Assembly (NCBI GenBank): GCA_049968755.1
Contig: JBMFQE010000004.1
Location: 140,264 to 204,263, forward strand
Origin: Bacteroidales bacterium
GTDB taxonomy: Bacteria; Bacteroidota; Bacteroidia; Bacteroidales; DTGW01
Direction: 5' to 3'
Length of the DNA stretch: 64,000 nucleotides
Of this stretch, positions 1 to 10,391 are shown piece after piece. The position numbers and the translations under genes were made by a program. The notes under the pieces were generated by a model that had not been told where the DNA came from, ran no database searches, and was given only the letters and a program-made list of their open reading frames with translations. The stretch's first letter is position 1, and every line of letters begins with the position of its first letter.

Positions 1-543
1 CATAATGCAGAATATAGCAGTGTACCTGCTGGCAAGCATAAACTTCGTTATATAACCAATCACGACGAATATGCGTGGACTGCCTCGCCGGTTTCCCAAT
101 ACGGTGGTAAGGAAGGTTCGCTGGCAGCTTTTGTTATAACAGCTTTTATGAGCAAAGTCCCACTTATCTATGCGGGTCAGGAGTTAGCAGTACCCAATAC
201 TATTTCTTTCTTTTCGGTTTATCCGCTCCCATGGGATATGAACTATGGTATTAAAAGTCAATATCGGCAGATAATGCAAATACGCAAAAACATGCATGTG
301 TACGAGAAAAACATGGTGCCTTTGACTGCCAACGCTAATATTGTGGCTTTTAAACTTGTTGATCCGGCCAATGTTAAGGATTCGAGCTTGCTCGTTTTTG
401 TAAACTGCCGAAATACTCAGGTAAATTATTCATTATCGTCGGATGTGCCTCGCACGGTTAAAAATTTGATTACAGGCACAGCCGAGGAACTTCCGGATCA
501 GCTGTCGTTAAAACCTTTTGAATATAAACTTTATGCCTATTGA
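1..543 (+). CDS. Alpha-amylase family (GH13) protein, C-terminal part; gene starts before the window
   Basis: Frame +1 is open from base 1: RYITNHDE (GH13 region IV NHD), then VPLIYAGQE; lies directly upstream of a GH97 gene. Confidence 0.8.
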   Translation, partial: HNAEYSSVPAGKHKLRYITNHDEYAWTASPVSQYGGKEGSLAAFVITAFMSKVPLIYAGQELAVPNTISFFSVYPLPWDMNYGIKSQYRQIMQIRKNMHVYEKNMVPLTANANIVAFKLVDPANVKDSSLLVFVNCRNTQVNYSLSSDVPRTVKNLITGTAEELPDQLSLKPFEYKLYAY

Positions 544-601
544 GTATGAAGAAACGTAACTAGCTGCATATTTTTTCATTAAATCACTAAAAATTAGGTA
601 T

Positions 602-2605
602 ATGAAAGCATTACTTTGTGTCATCATGGGGATAGTATTGTCTTTTTCAAACATCCCTATATTTTCCCAAAATTCAGATAATCTGTCAGTTGCATCGCCC
701 AATCATTCGGTGTTGGTAAGAGTGCAGTTACAACAAGGAAAAGTGTATTATCAAATATCGAAAAATGGCCAAACGGTAGTTGCTCCGTCGATGGTAGGGC
801 TAAAATTTAAAAATATTCCCGACCTGACTGGCAATTTTGTCCTCGAAAAATCCAGTACGTCATCATTCGATAATACATGGGAACAGCCCTGGGGCGAACA
901 GCGTTGGGTGCGTGACCATTACAACGAGTTAGTACTCGATTTAAAGGATGATGCAAAAAGAAGGCTGCAGCTAATTTTCAGAGTGTTTAACGATGGGGTG
1001 GGGCTGCGTTATCATATTCCAGCTCAGCCGGGCGTCGATAGTCTCATTATCATGGACGAACTTACCGAGTTTAATTTTGAGCGCGACGAGCAAGCCTGGT
1101 GGATACCCGTACATCGTGAAAATAGTTACTACGAGAGCCTTTACCGGCTTACCCCGATCAGCCAGATCGATACGGCTAACACTCCTATTACTTTTGAATT
1201 AAACAATGGATTATTTCTGGCTATTCATGAGGCCAATTTAACCGATTATGCTTCTATGACGTTGCAAAAAAAATCCGGGAATGGTTTTGTATCCTGTCTT
1301 GTTCCCTGGTCAAATGGGGTGAAAGTTTACGCTAAGGCTCCGATGAGCACGCCCTGGCGAATTTTTATCATTGGTGATACCCCCGGCGATCTGGTTACCT
1401 CCACGCTCATGCTTAATCTCAACGAACCCTGTGCACTTAACGATGTTTCCTGGATTAAGCCAGCCAAGTATATTGGTATCTGGTGGGGTATGCATATGGG
1501 AACCTACACCTGGTCGCAGGGACCCAATCATGGGGCAACCACTGCGAATACTGTTCGATATATCGATTTTGCTGCACAGCATGGGTTTCAAGGGGTGCTC
1601 GTGGAAGGCTGGAATTACGGCTGGGATGGTAATTGGTTCGAAAACGGCAATACCTTCAGTTTTACCAAACCCTATCCCGATTTTGACCTGGAATATCTGG
1701 CACAGTATGCCCGGTCGAAAAATATCCAGCTTATCGGTCATCACGAGACGGGTGGCGCGGTATCGAACTATGAACGCCAGATGGAGGAAGCTTTTCAGCT
1801 ATACCATCGATTGGGTATTCATTATGTAAAAACGGGCTATGTCAACAAGTATCTCGATGGCAAGGAATGGCACGACGGGCAGTATGGGGTTCGTCATTAC
1901 CGCAAGGTAGTGGAGTTGGCCGCTAAGTATCGGATAAACATTGATAATCACGAACCCGTTAAACCCACAGGCCTCTGCCGAACCTATCCCAACCTGATGA
2001 CCCAGGAAGGAGCTCGTGGACAGGAATATGATGCATGGTCGCCCGATGGCGGTAATCCTCCTTCGCACACTACCATATTGCCCTTTACTCGCATGCTTGC
2101 AGGACCTTTCGATTTTACGCCGGGTACCTTTAATTTTAGCAATCCCGGCCATCCCAACACACGCGTACAAACTACGCTGGCCAAACAACTCGCTCTTTTC
2201 GTCGTCATTTATAGTCCCCTCCAGATGGCATCCGACCTGCCCGAAAATTACGAGGGTAAACCAGCTTTTGAATTTGTTAAGCGGGTACCTTGCGACTGGG
2301 AAAAGACATTGGTTCCTCAAGCTAAAATAGGCGAATATGTAGTGATGGTTCGCAAGGACCGAAATTTCGACCGCTGGTATATCGGGGCCATTACCAACGA
2401 AAACAGCCGAGAGCTAATGCTCAAACTCGATTTTCTTGAACCCAATGTCCAATACACAGCCAACATATATGCCGATGGGGATAGAGCCGACTGGAAAACC
2501 AATCCCTACGATATTAAAATTTATAGTATTCCGGTAAGGTCAACCGACGAAATTCCTCTTAAGCTGGCCGCTGGAGGTGGTGTGGCTATCGAAATTGTAA
2601 AATAA
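602..2605 (+). CDS. GH97 alpha-glucosidase (SusB-like), signal peptide
   Basis: YIGIWWGMH, GVLVEGWN, GHHET, TQEGARGQEY, PFTRMLAGPFDFTPG, SPLQMASDLPENY motifs. Confidence 0.93.
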   Translation: MKALLCVIMGIVLSFSNIPIFSQNSDNLSVASPNHSVLVRVQLQQGKVYYQISKNGQTVVAPSMVGLKFKNIPDLTGNFVLEKSSTSSFDNTWEQPWGEQRWVRDHYNELVLDLKDDAKRRLQLIFRVFNDGVGLRYHIPAQPGVDSLIIMDELTEFNFERDEQAWWIPVHRENSYYESLYRLTPISQIDTANTPITFELNNGLFLAIHEANLTDYASMTLQKKSGNGFVSCLVPWSNGVKVYAKAPMSTPWRIFIIGDTPGDLVTSTLMLNLNEPCALNDVSWIKPAKYIGIWWGMHMGTYTWSQGPNHGATTANTVRYIDFAAQHGFQGVLVEGWNYGWDGNWFENGNTFSFTKPYPDFDLEYLAQYARSKNIQLIGHHETGGAVSNYERQMEEAFQLYHRLGIHYVKTGYVNKYLDGKEWHDGQYGVRHYRKVVELAAKYRINIDNHEPVKPTGLCRTYPNLMTQEGARGQEYDAWSPDGGNPPSHTTILPFTRMLAGPFDFTPGTFNFSNPGHPNTRVQTTLAKQLALFVVIYSPLQMASDLPENYEGKPAFEFVKRVPCDWEKTLVPQAKIGEYVVMVRKDRNFDRWYIGAITNENSRELMLKLDFLEPNVQYTANIYADGDRADWKTNPYDIKIYSIPVRSTDEIPLKLAAGGGVAIEIVK

Positions 2606-2630
2606 CCCCCCCCTCACACAAATGCATTTT

Positions 2631-2668
2631 TCCCCTGCCCCATTGTGGGGTAGGGGATTTTGTTTTTT
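2631..2668 (+). terminator. Intrinsic terminator after GH97
   Basis: TCCCCTGCCCCA-ttg-TGGGGTAGGGGA stem followed by a T-rich tail. Confidence 0.75.
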
Positions 2669-2766
2669 GCTATATCGCTTCGTTTGGGTTGCGTCGGAAT
2701 AATTAAGGGGATAGGTTTAAATCCGATCCTTCAGGGATGAATAGTTGTTGTTGTTCTATTCTGGAA

Positions 2767-4725
2767 TTATTGGACAATAACTTTGTATGCTGATTTTTCG
2801 GTAGCATTTTTGATGGTCAAAATATATAATCCACTTTTGACTTTATTTTTCAGGGAAATTTCCAATAAATTACTGGTACCTGCATTCCAGCTTCGACTCA
2901 TAATTACACGTCCGGTTGGGTCTTGTAGCGTTAAAGAGTACACGCCTGCAGTAGCTGAGCTTGTGCTAACATATAACCTGTCTGTAACCGGGTTAGGAAA
3001 TATTGTAAAAGTGGATAATTCTGGCACAGCAATTTTTGATATTGGCGGAATGTATTGCGAAGTGTCGCTGATGGTAAGGGTATCCTGATTAGTAACGAAG
3101 ATCTGGTCGAGCCACACGATCATTCCATTGCCGGCTGCATGTTCCGACACAAATTCCAGCCTGTCAATATCGTGCCAGTCGAACTTGCCCTCGGGGTTAT
3201 ACCAGCCATTGTCCCATGATCCTTGTTCGGTTAAGCTTTGCAAGGGTATACATACTTTGTGCCAATAACCATTCCAGGGTGTCATGGAAGGGGTAATGGT
3301 GAACCGATTGCGCCAGGGATGATCGGCAGCATTTTGCTTGCTATCCAGAAATCGAACATCGAACGAGAAACTGGCATTGCCATAGCCACGTACCAGAAAG
3401 CATAGTGCATAGCCCGAGTCCTCCAACAACGATAGGTCCTTGTTGGGAACAAAGTCGAGTCCTATACCTGTATATTGTTCCCCCACTTTCCATTCAATGC
3501 AGTACTGTCCTTTATCAGGTTTTTTATCGCTGTAATAATCAATGGTTCCATTATTGCCGGTGTAACTATTTTCGTATATACCGCTGCTGAGATAATCCTG
3601 GTAAACAGCAAATCCTGTAGAATCGGGACTAATAATTAGTTCTGTTTGTTCAGGAATATTCAGTCCCAGTGATTCAAGCAGGGGGATATTCAGGTCGTGC
3701 TCAAAGAGTTCGTTTGAACCTTTTTTGAAAATCCCAAAAGTCCCTTTATAGTCCCAGATGGTCCAGGGAATATTGTTTTGCTCAAGATATTGACGGACTG
3801 TTCTGTACCAGTACACCCTGTCGCTGTCGGAAGCAAATGCATTGTACACCCCAAACTCACCACAATAGATCTTAACCTGCCGACTATTACGAAAGGCAAT
3901 GGCAATATCGAGCAATTTTTTTACGGCCGAATCGGTTCCGTTCTTTTTATAATTGCTATTCAGCTCAGTTTCGATCCACGTACCCTTGTATGCTGTAGGA
4001 CAAGCGGGCATACGGTTTGCATCGTAGGGGTAGGGGACACCCTGCAGATCGGTGAGTCCTGCCCACGAAGCACCCTGATGCGTGAAAATAAAGGGATCGT
4101 AAAAGTGAAAGGTATAAATCAGATTGGTATCAGCATAGTTGGGAAGATTTTTTAACGAACTGTATGAATTCCAGTTAGCAGCGCCCACGATTATAGTATG
4201 TTTGGTGTCCACTCTGCGGATGGTATCTATTACCCGTTGCTGTATTGTACCCCACAAATTGTCGGAAATGCCATGGGGCTCATTTAGTACTTCGTAATAA
4301 ATATAGTTAGAACGGTCCTTATAATGATTGGCTATTTGATACCAGATGCGTGTGAGGGGTTCGCCAATGTTCGATGGTGTATTGGCCGACGGATCGAAGG
4401 TATGATTGTCTATGATTAGATGTATTTGCAAGGCTTCGCACCAATGTACTACTGAGTCGAGAAAGCTCAGAAATAACGGATCGACCCTATAATCGGGTGC
4501 CCCCGAGGTCATAGCGTGCAGATTAATAGGTAGTCGTACTACATCGCATCCCAAACTTTTTATTTGTTGAAAATCCTTGTAGGTAAATTTCGAAAACTGT
4601 ATTTGACGGGGATTAGAAACCTGAAACCACCCAGTCAGATTGACCCCCCTTGAAAACTGTGCCTGCATGGTATAGCTCACAGCAATTAGCATGTATATGA
4701 CAGCACATTTCTGAATAGCCTTCAT
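2767..4725 (-). CDS. GH5 (cellulase family) glycoside hydrolase with CBM-like domain and T9SS C-terminal sorting domain
   Basis: VVRLPI, YEVLNEP (acid/base), YTFHFYDP, YCGEFG (nucleophile); IFPNPV...SGLYIL CTD; signal peptide. Confidence 0.9.
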   Translation of the reverse strand: MKAIQKCAVIYMLIAVSYTMQAQFSRGVNLTGWFQVSNPRQIQFSKFTYKDFQQIKSLGCDVVRLPINLHAMTSGAPDYRVDPLFLSFLDSVVHWCEALQIHLIIDNHTFDPSANTPSNIGEPLTRIWYQIANHYKDRSNYIYYEVLNEPHGISDNLWGTIQQRVIDTIRRVDTKHTIIVGAANWNSYSSLKNLPNYADTNLIYTFHFYDPFIFTHQGASWAGLTDLQGVPYPYDANRMPACPTAYKGTWIETELNSNYKKNGTDSAVKKLLDIAIAFRNSRQVKIYCGEFGVYNAFASDSDRVYWYRTVRQYLEQNNIPWTIWDYKGTFGIFKKGSNELFEHDLNIPLLESLGLNIPEQTELIISPDSTGFAVYQDYLSSGIYENSYTGNNGTIDYYSDKKPDKGQYCIEWKVGEQYTGIGLDFVPNKDLSLLEDSGYALCFLVRGYGNASFSFDVRFLDSKQNAADHPWRNRFTITPSMTPWNGYWHKVCIPLQSLTEQGSWDNGWYNPEGKFDWHDIDRLEFVSEHAAGNGMIVWLDQIFVTNQDTLTISDTSQYIPPISKIAVPELSTFTIFPNPVTDRLYVSTSSATAGVYSLTLQDPTGRVIMSRSWNAGTSNLLEISLKNKVKSGLYILTIKNATEKSAYKVIVQ

Positions 4726-4801
4726 GATTTTAATAGTTTAGTGGTGTTGTATAAAATTAGCTATTTTTTTTCAACTTTTAAGGAACACTAAATAAAAAAC
4801 T

Positions 4802-4902
4802 ATGAAACACCCATGTTCCTGCGAACGCAAACACAATAGTGATAAAATTGCGAACATGGGTGTTCCATTATACCTTTAAAAATTAATTTTATTATGATGA
4901 AA
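4802..4902 (+). mobile_element. 95-bp dispersed palindromic element, copy 1 (ATGAAA direct repeat at both ends)
   Basis: One substitution relative to the copy at 21951-22051; mobility inferred from dispersal and the flanking direct repeat. Confidence 0.8.
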
Positions 4903-5382
4903 TAATCACTACTAACCCATTGTAATTTTGATAAATAGGGCATCGTTCGATGATTTCGCTTAAAAGTTGAAGTTTTGGTTATACAACTACACTACTATAA
5001 ATGTGATTTGACCTTCTTTCTGGAAATTTTCTGTAAGAAAGTTTAGGACTCCTTGTCATTTTGCCCGAGTAAATAACCCACGCTGGCGAATTTGTTAAGG
5101 GTAAAACAATTGATGAAGTTGTTTGATTTTTCAAGGATATCATCGTCCTTGACAAATTATCCACTTTTGATTTTGGGTGGCTCAGGCAGGATGCCAAGGG
5201 AAAGCTGTATGCCAGAGTAGATACTACCAATATTAATTTATTAAATTTTGTCCAACTAATTAGGAGGTTAAGACAATTGGGATAAAAACGACTAATCTGG
5301 GTTAAAACAGTCAATACTATTTACCCAGAAAGCTGTAGAGGTTCTGCCTATCAGTTTGGTTGGATCGGATAGCAGACGGGAA

Positions 5383-5655
5383 TTAGTTGAGTTGGTTAGG
5401 TGTCAAAGATTGCCTATATGCTTGTAACAGCAATCTAAGAATAAGACTTTCCTCATGCTCAAGTAGCTGAGTACAATGTTGTTCAATGGCATTCAAATAT
5501 TCTTTATATTCTGCTGGGCAGCCACTATCGGATAAATTATGGTTTTTTAGTAAATATACATACCCCATAATGGCAAAGAGCATGTTGCGCGTCTGCTTAT
5601 GATGTTCAATCAGGTAGTTTTGATTCAGTTCGGGGGAAGGATAATTAAGAATCAT
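5383..5655 (-). CDS. Small protein resembling a stand-alone HisKA/DHp helical hairpin
   Basis: HHKQTRNMLFAIMGYVYLL resembles the H-box helix; second amphipathic helix EYLNAIEQHCTQLL. Confidence 0.45.
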   Translation of the reverse strand: MILNYPSPELNQNYLIEHHKQTRNMLFAIMGYVYLLKNHNLSDSGCPAEYKEYLNAIEQHCTQLLEHEESLILRLLLQAYRQSLTPNQLN

Positions 5656-5698
5656 AATCGTGAAATTGTAAGTAAAATAAAGCAGTAATCAAATTAAT

Positions 5699-5723
5699 AA
5701 GGCGGGGAATTACCCCGCCCTTT
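5699..5723 (-). terminator. Hairpin terminator after the T9SS protein gene
   Basis: GGCGGGG-aatta-CCCCGCC stem just past the stop at 5732. Confidence 0.6.
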
Positions 5724-5731
5724 AGAGATTA

Positions 5732-7240
5732 TTACTTTTTATAAATTTTCTGCATATCAGCAGCACCGTTTTGGTATTGAATTTTTAACAAATACAGTCC
5801 TGCGGGTAAAGCCTTAAAGTCGATCTGAGCCTGCAAATTGTTTATGTTGTACATCGATCGTATTTTTTTACCGGTTAAATCGAATACTTCCACATACAAA
5901 AGGTTAGAAGTACCATGAATGGTGAGCAGGTTGGAAACGGGATTGGGATAAATCTGCGACAGGTAGTTAACCTTAGCTACACCAACTTCATTTTTCACTA
6001 CCACATCAATGGTTGCCGATACGCCCGAGCCATCTTCAGCTACAGCTTTTACCGTTACGGTTCCGGCAGCTGTACCCGTCAGCATACCGGTTTCGCTGAT
6101 CGTAGCTTTATCTGCCCCCGATACGATCGACCATTTCACATCCTTATTGGCAGCATCGTTGGGCGAGATAGAAGCGGTTAACTGTATGCTTTCATTAATT
6201 TTGATGCTGTCTTCTGGCGTGGAAAGAGTGATGCTTGTCACGGGCTTGCCCCAATACGAACCTTTAGTTAGCAGGATAGAACCATTGCCAGGGAGGTACG
6301 ATGGAGCAGCATTGGTTACGTCAACAGGAAAGGCTAAATTAAGGGCAGCAAACGAAGTAGTATCGTTGTGTTTGCTGTTAGCCAGAAACCAATTGTACGG
6401 ACTGGTTAAAGGATTTGCCGTACCCTTGGTACCTACTGCTTTGGTACCATACCCTGCGAGTACCGAATACTGAATGGTTAGCGAGTCATCCTTTGCAGCA
6501 TTCTGGGTGGGGTCACCATCAATTACAAGACCTCCTTTTACATATTTAGTAGACACGAGGTTATAAATTTGCAAGCGCGTATTGCGGCGCAATAACAAGC
6601 CAACTTCATGTTTCTGGGTGGCCGAGTTATCCACACCTGGACCAATAAGCGTAATATTGCTGAATACTGCACTTGTATATGGTTTGTTGTAACTCGAGTT
6701 GGCATCGTTATCCGATTCAAAGCCACGTGCACCATCTGTATCGCAAATGTTTGGATTGCGAATAGCCAGCGCAAATTGCACATTACCCCTATAACCATAA
6801 TCGGTATCGAAGTCATCGTCTTCGGTAGCCAATGCAATCAAATAACGACAATTTACTGTGCCACCAAACCATTCGAAAGCATCGTCGCCGCTAAAGGAAA
6901 CCTGGACATATTCAATGGTGGTACCACTACCAACACTCCCCATTGTTAATCCGTTGATTTCATTGCCATTACCATCTATATCATACCCAGGAAACTCAAT
7001 TCGTACGTACCTCACCACGCCCGAATTATCATCCTCTATGGCTGGTCCATCGCCTATTCCATAGGTAGAACCAACTCCTCCTTCTATGGTTACATTGTTG
7101 CTCTTGTTATTGGTTGCTCGTCCCAACAAAATTAATCCTCCCCAATCACTAGGAGCACGTGAACCTTTGGGTTTTATCGATGTAAATATTGTGTTCTTTG
7201 CCCTGATTGCTAAGGTTGATGGTGGTGTAACGTGTTTCAT
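5732..7240 (-). CDS. T9SS-sorted beta-helix-like protein with Ig-like (Big_2) domain; N-terminus apparently missing, possible pseudogene
   Basis: IFTS..DWGGLILLG, DNSGVVRYVRIEFPG, NEINGLT, DDAFEWFGG, DDDFDTD; Big_2 segment (ASISPNDAANKDVKWS); IYPNPV CTD; no signal peptide. Confidence 0.75.
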   Translation of the reverse strand: MKHVTPPSTLAIRAKNTIFTSIKPKGSRAPSDWGGLILLGRATNNKSNNVTIEGGVGSTYGIGDGPAIEDDNSGVVRYVRIEFPGYDIDGNGNEINGLTMGSVGSGTTIEYVQVSFSGDDAFEWFGGTVNCRYLIALATEDDDFDTDYGYRGNVQFALAIRNPNICDTDGARGFESDNDANSSYNKPYTSAVFSNITLIGPGVDNSATQKHEVGLLLRRNTRLQIYNLVSTKYVKGGLVIDGDPTQNAAKDDSLTIQYSVLAGYGTKAVGTKGTANPLTSPYNWFLANSKHNDTTSFAALNLAFPVDVTNAAPSYLPGNGSILLTKGSYWGKPVTSITLSTPEDSIKINESIQLTASISPNDAANKDVKWSIVSGADKATISETGMLTGTAAGTVTVKAVAEDGSGVSATIDVVVKNEVGVAKVNYLSQIYPNPVSNLLTIHGTSNLLYVEVFDLTGKKIRSMYNINNLQAQIDFKALPAGLYLLKIQYQNGAADMQKIYKK

Positions 7241-7526
7241 ACGAAACGTATTCTATCTGCAGGATGTATTCACCCTCACCAATGTGTTCGAAAGAAAAGT
7301 TTCCATCAAAATCGGTATACACTTCCAGGTTACAATCTACCAGTTTTACCTTTGCCCCAACCAGCGGTTCGTGGGTAATCTTATCAACTACCTGGCCGGT
7401 TATCATCGTACCAGTACCGGATATACAGGCATTTTTAGTTACCTCAAAATTGGGTTTGTCGGAAGCTATCAATTGCAAACCCAAAAAACTTATGCAGGTA
7501 AGCAGAATCATTTTTTTCGTTTTCAT
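7149..7526 (-). CDS. Secreted carboxypeptidase-regulatory-like domain protein
   Basis: Signal peptide; ITGQVVDKITHEPLVGAKV...TDFDGNFSF...GEYILQIEYVSY. Confidence 0.8.
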   Translation of the reverse strand: MKTKKMILLTCISFLGLQLIASDKPNFEVTKNACISGTGTMITGQVVDKITHEPLVGAKVKLVDCNLEVYTDFDGNFSFEHIGEGEYILQIEYVSYETRYTTINLSNQGKEHNIYIDKTQRFTCS

Positions 7527-7772
7527 GGCCTTTATTATTTTTGATTTATAGCAAAAATATGGGTATTATATTAAGTGTTTGTAGTAAGTGGTTTAAATTA
7601 ACGTTATTAACATAAAATTAATATAAGGTGTTTTGGTATACTACTGAAATGAAATAAAGATTATGTAACATTAATAAGCATTATCAGCATGCGGAATGCA
7701 ATGTTAGCTTACAAGAATCGACGGTCAATTACAAAACCTTTGATGTACAAGTCGATTTTATCCAGCACCGCT

Positions 7773-7814
7773 ATAAAAATTAATCCCGACCAAAAAAAGC
7801 AGGTCGGGATTAAT
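7773..7814 (-). terminator. Intrinsic terminator after the MCP gene
   Basis: 13-bp inverted repeat ATTAATCCCGACC/GGTCGGGATTAAT with T-run on the minus strand. Confidence 0.75.
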
Positions 7815-7837
7815 ACCGTATAGTGCCAAATAGCATT

Positions 7838-9256
7838 TTAAAATCTTTCGTATTCGGCGTCCTTGCTATCGTCGTCGAACAGTCGTAGATTAAATCCTTT
7901 ATTTTTTACTTTAGTGGCGGCATCTGAAAGTGACTCTTTCTTTTCTGAAGCAGTATCAAGTTCTTTCCTGGTTCCAACCGGAGGCAAAGTAGCATTATCG
8001 TCTTTAATTTTTTCAGCAGATTTTGATTTTGCGCTGCTCACGCCAATTACTCTTTCTTCGAACCTGGCCTTGCGTTCTTCAGCCTTTTTATGGATAATAT
8101 CGGACAAAACAGAGGTATGATTGTCATTGCCATTGGTTTTGGCATCGAAGCGGAAAAATGCGGTGATTTCCCGTAGGGTTTCAGATTCTTTAGCCAGCTG
8201 AACAGCTGTTTGAGCAAGGCTATCCGACGATAAGGCATTTTGTTGAATAACCTGATTGAGCCGTTGCAAAGCATTGTTGATTTGTTCGGCACCAGCATTT
8301 TGTTCTACACTGGCTGCGCTTATATCCTGTACCAGCTTGGCTGTTCGTTCAATTTCGGGGGCAATGTGCTCAAGCTCGTGTGCTGCTGTTTCTGAAATGT
8401 TCACGCCTTTTGCCGAAAGTTCATTAATCTGGTCGGCAGCAATTTTACTACGTTCGGCCAGCTTGCGCACTTCGGCAGCAACCACCGCAAAACCCCGTCC
8501 GTGTTCACCTGCACGCGCAGCTTCAACAGCCGCATTTAAGGCAAGAATATTGGTTTGAAAGGCAATATCGCCAATAATCGAAATCTTTTCGGCAATGATT
8601 TTCATGGATTCGGCTGCGGTGGTAACCGATTCGTTCCCTTTCTTAATCCCTTTGGCTGCTTCGACAGCTATTCTTTCGGTTTGCTTCGAATTATCGGTAT
8701 TGGCCTGAATGTTAGCTACCATCTCTTCCATACTCGACGACACTTGCTGTGCCGAAGCTGCCTGATCGGCCGTACCCTGTGCCAATATGCTGGCTCCTTG
8801 ACTAATCTGCTCACTCAGCTTGACCAGGTTCTTCGAACTTTGCTGAATTTGCGTGGCTATCTCATTTAGTTTATTCACAAGCTGTTCCATCGAAACGGCC
8901 ATTTCGCCTATCTCATCGTGGCGATTTTTAACATTTGCATCGACCGTAGTTTTTAAGTTACCTTCTACCAACGAATCAATATTTGCCTTAATCGATCGTA
9001 GAGGTTTCTGTATCATACGAATGACCCATATATTGCTGGCAATCAACCATACACCCATCAACGGTACCAGCCAATAAGCATGCTTAATACCCAGGTATCC
9101 ATTGACAAATGCCAAAAAGGCAATGCCCAAGGAAATCAGAAAAATTAAATTGGATACATAAGTTACAATGGTCTGCTTAAAAAGTAATCGCACAACAAAC
9201 AAACCCACCGGAATGGCCAACACTAAAATCAGCAGAAAAATAAGCACATCATTCAT
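7838..9256 (-). CDS. Methyl-accepting chemotaxis protein (TM helices, HAMP, MCP signal domain)
   Basis: [40 protein letters not shown] hairpin tip; HAMP DEIGEMA; start placed at MNDVL. Confidence 0.93.
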   Translation of the reverse strand: MNDVLIFLLILVLAIPVGLFVVRLLFKQTIVTYVSNLIFLISLGIAFLAFVNGYLGIKHAYWLVPLMGVWLIASNIWVIRMIQKPLRSIKANIDSLVEGNLKTTVDANVKNRHDEIGEMAVSMEQLVNKLNEIATQIQQSSKNLVKLSEQISQGASILAQGTADQAASAQQVSSSMEEMVANIQANTDNSKQTERIAVEAAKGIKKGNESVTTAAESMKIIAEKISIIGDIAFQTNILALNAAVEAARAGEHGRGFAVVAAEVRKLAERSKIAADQINELSAKGVNISETAAHELEHIAPEIERTAKLVQDISAASVEQNAGAEQINNALQRLNQVIQQNALSSDSLAQTAVQLAKESETLREITAFFRFDAKTNGNDNHTSVLSDIIHKKAEERKARFEERVIGVSSAKSKSAEKIKDDNATLPPVGTRKELDTASEKKESLSDAATKVKNKGFNLRLFDDDSKDAEYERF

Positions 9257-9378
9257 AAGGTCGTATATTTTAAGTGACAAAAATACCAAAAAATATTTTT
9301 TAGGCTAATTTCTGATAAAGTTACTTTTTTTTACGAAAGAATTCTGGCTAAGTTGTAAAATTTAAAAAACTTTTGGTA

Positions 9379-10191
9379 TTAAAGGTTAAGAATATTTGTA
9401 ATAACCTGCAAGGAAATGGGTTCATCAGCGGGGACAATACGGTTTAATTTTCCTCTGATGCGTGTACCTACGCCCATAATACCACGCAGTCGTTGCTCAA
9501 TGTAGGGAAGACCTTGCTCAAGCACCAGAATCTCGTCGCAGGGATAGTAAATCGACTCTGCCAATTCACGTCCAAGTGGATAATGCTTAAGTTTAAGTAT
9601 AGGGTATGGTAACTGTGGGATTTGCTCTAATATATTTCCAATACTTCCGCAGGCAATGATGCCCAATGTTCTGTCGCTGCCATGTACAAGCGTATTAAAA
9701 GGCGAATGGGCTGAAAAAGTTTCCAGCGCTCTTATTCGATCAATGGGTGATAGCGACAAATAATTTTCAGGAAGTGGGATGTTTTCCGTATAATGCCCAA
9801 TAAAGGCCTGAGCTGCTGAAATGTTTGTCGGCTGCTGAAATTTAAAATCTTTAGGAATATGCACAATGATAGAAATGTTATGTTTTTCCGTAACAACGAG
9901 CGCTACTTGCAACATTAGGTAAAACTCTTCATCATTGGCAGGTTCCCAATAAGGCATTAAATACAGCTCAGCTACATAGCGCACGTCAATCCAGGGATGG
10001 TCGGAATGTACAAGGTATACCGTTGCAGCGTCTATCCTATTGCTGATTTCATTGGCAATATCTGTGGCAGTGCACATTACTACCCTTGCCGGTTCAGCCT
10101 GCGACGGCTGACTTTCCGGCATAAAATCAGGAAAATTTTTATGCCACTGGCTTGTGACGGTAACTGGTAAATTTTCTAACAATGTTTTCAT
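9379..10191 (-). CDS. Truncated, divergent indolepyruvate:ferredoxin oxidoreductase alpha-like protein
   Basis: LGIIACG, PILKLKHYPL, DEILVLEQGLPYIEQRLRG resemble the IorA middle domain; no C-terminal TPP-binding domain. Confidence 0.6.
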   Translation of the reverse strand: MKTLLENLPVTVTSQWHKNFPDFMPESQPSQAEPARVVMCTATDIANEISNRIDAATVYLVHSDHPWIDVRYVAELYLMPYWEPANDEEFYLMLQVALVVTEKHNISIIVHIPKDFKFQQPTNISAAQAFIGHYTENIPLPENYLSLSPIDRIRALETFSAHSPFNTLVHGSDRTLGIIACGSIGNILEQIPQLPYPILKLKHYPLGRELAESIYYPCDEILVLEQGLPYIEQRLRGIMGVGTRIRGKLNRIVPADEPISLQVITNILNL

Positions 10192-10391
10192 TCATGAGAG
10201 TATTACAGATCATATATTCTTTGCTATTTCAGCGCTACCGCAGGTTTTTTGATGAATTTTCATTTACAAATTCTTTCAATAATTGTTGCTGCAAATTTAA
10301 GTCACATTGGTTATAATCTTTCCTTTTTAGCAGGTTAATCTTCGTGCTTTTCTATAACAAAAAATATTTGCAATTTTGCAAAAACACACCG

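Noticed and set aside
4979-5314. 111-aa minus-strand ORF, or a possible decayed + strand gene
   Set aside because: Non-ATG start, no recognisable motif, several stops in the alternative frame; no call can be supported
7560-7680. TTAAC/TAACA-like repeats upstream of the CarboxypepD-like gene as response-regulator boxes
   Set aside because: Spacing is irregular and the region is very AT-rich
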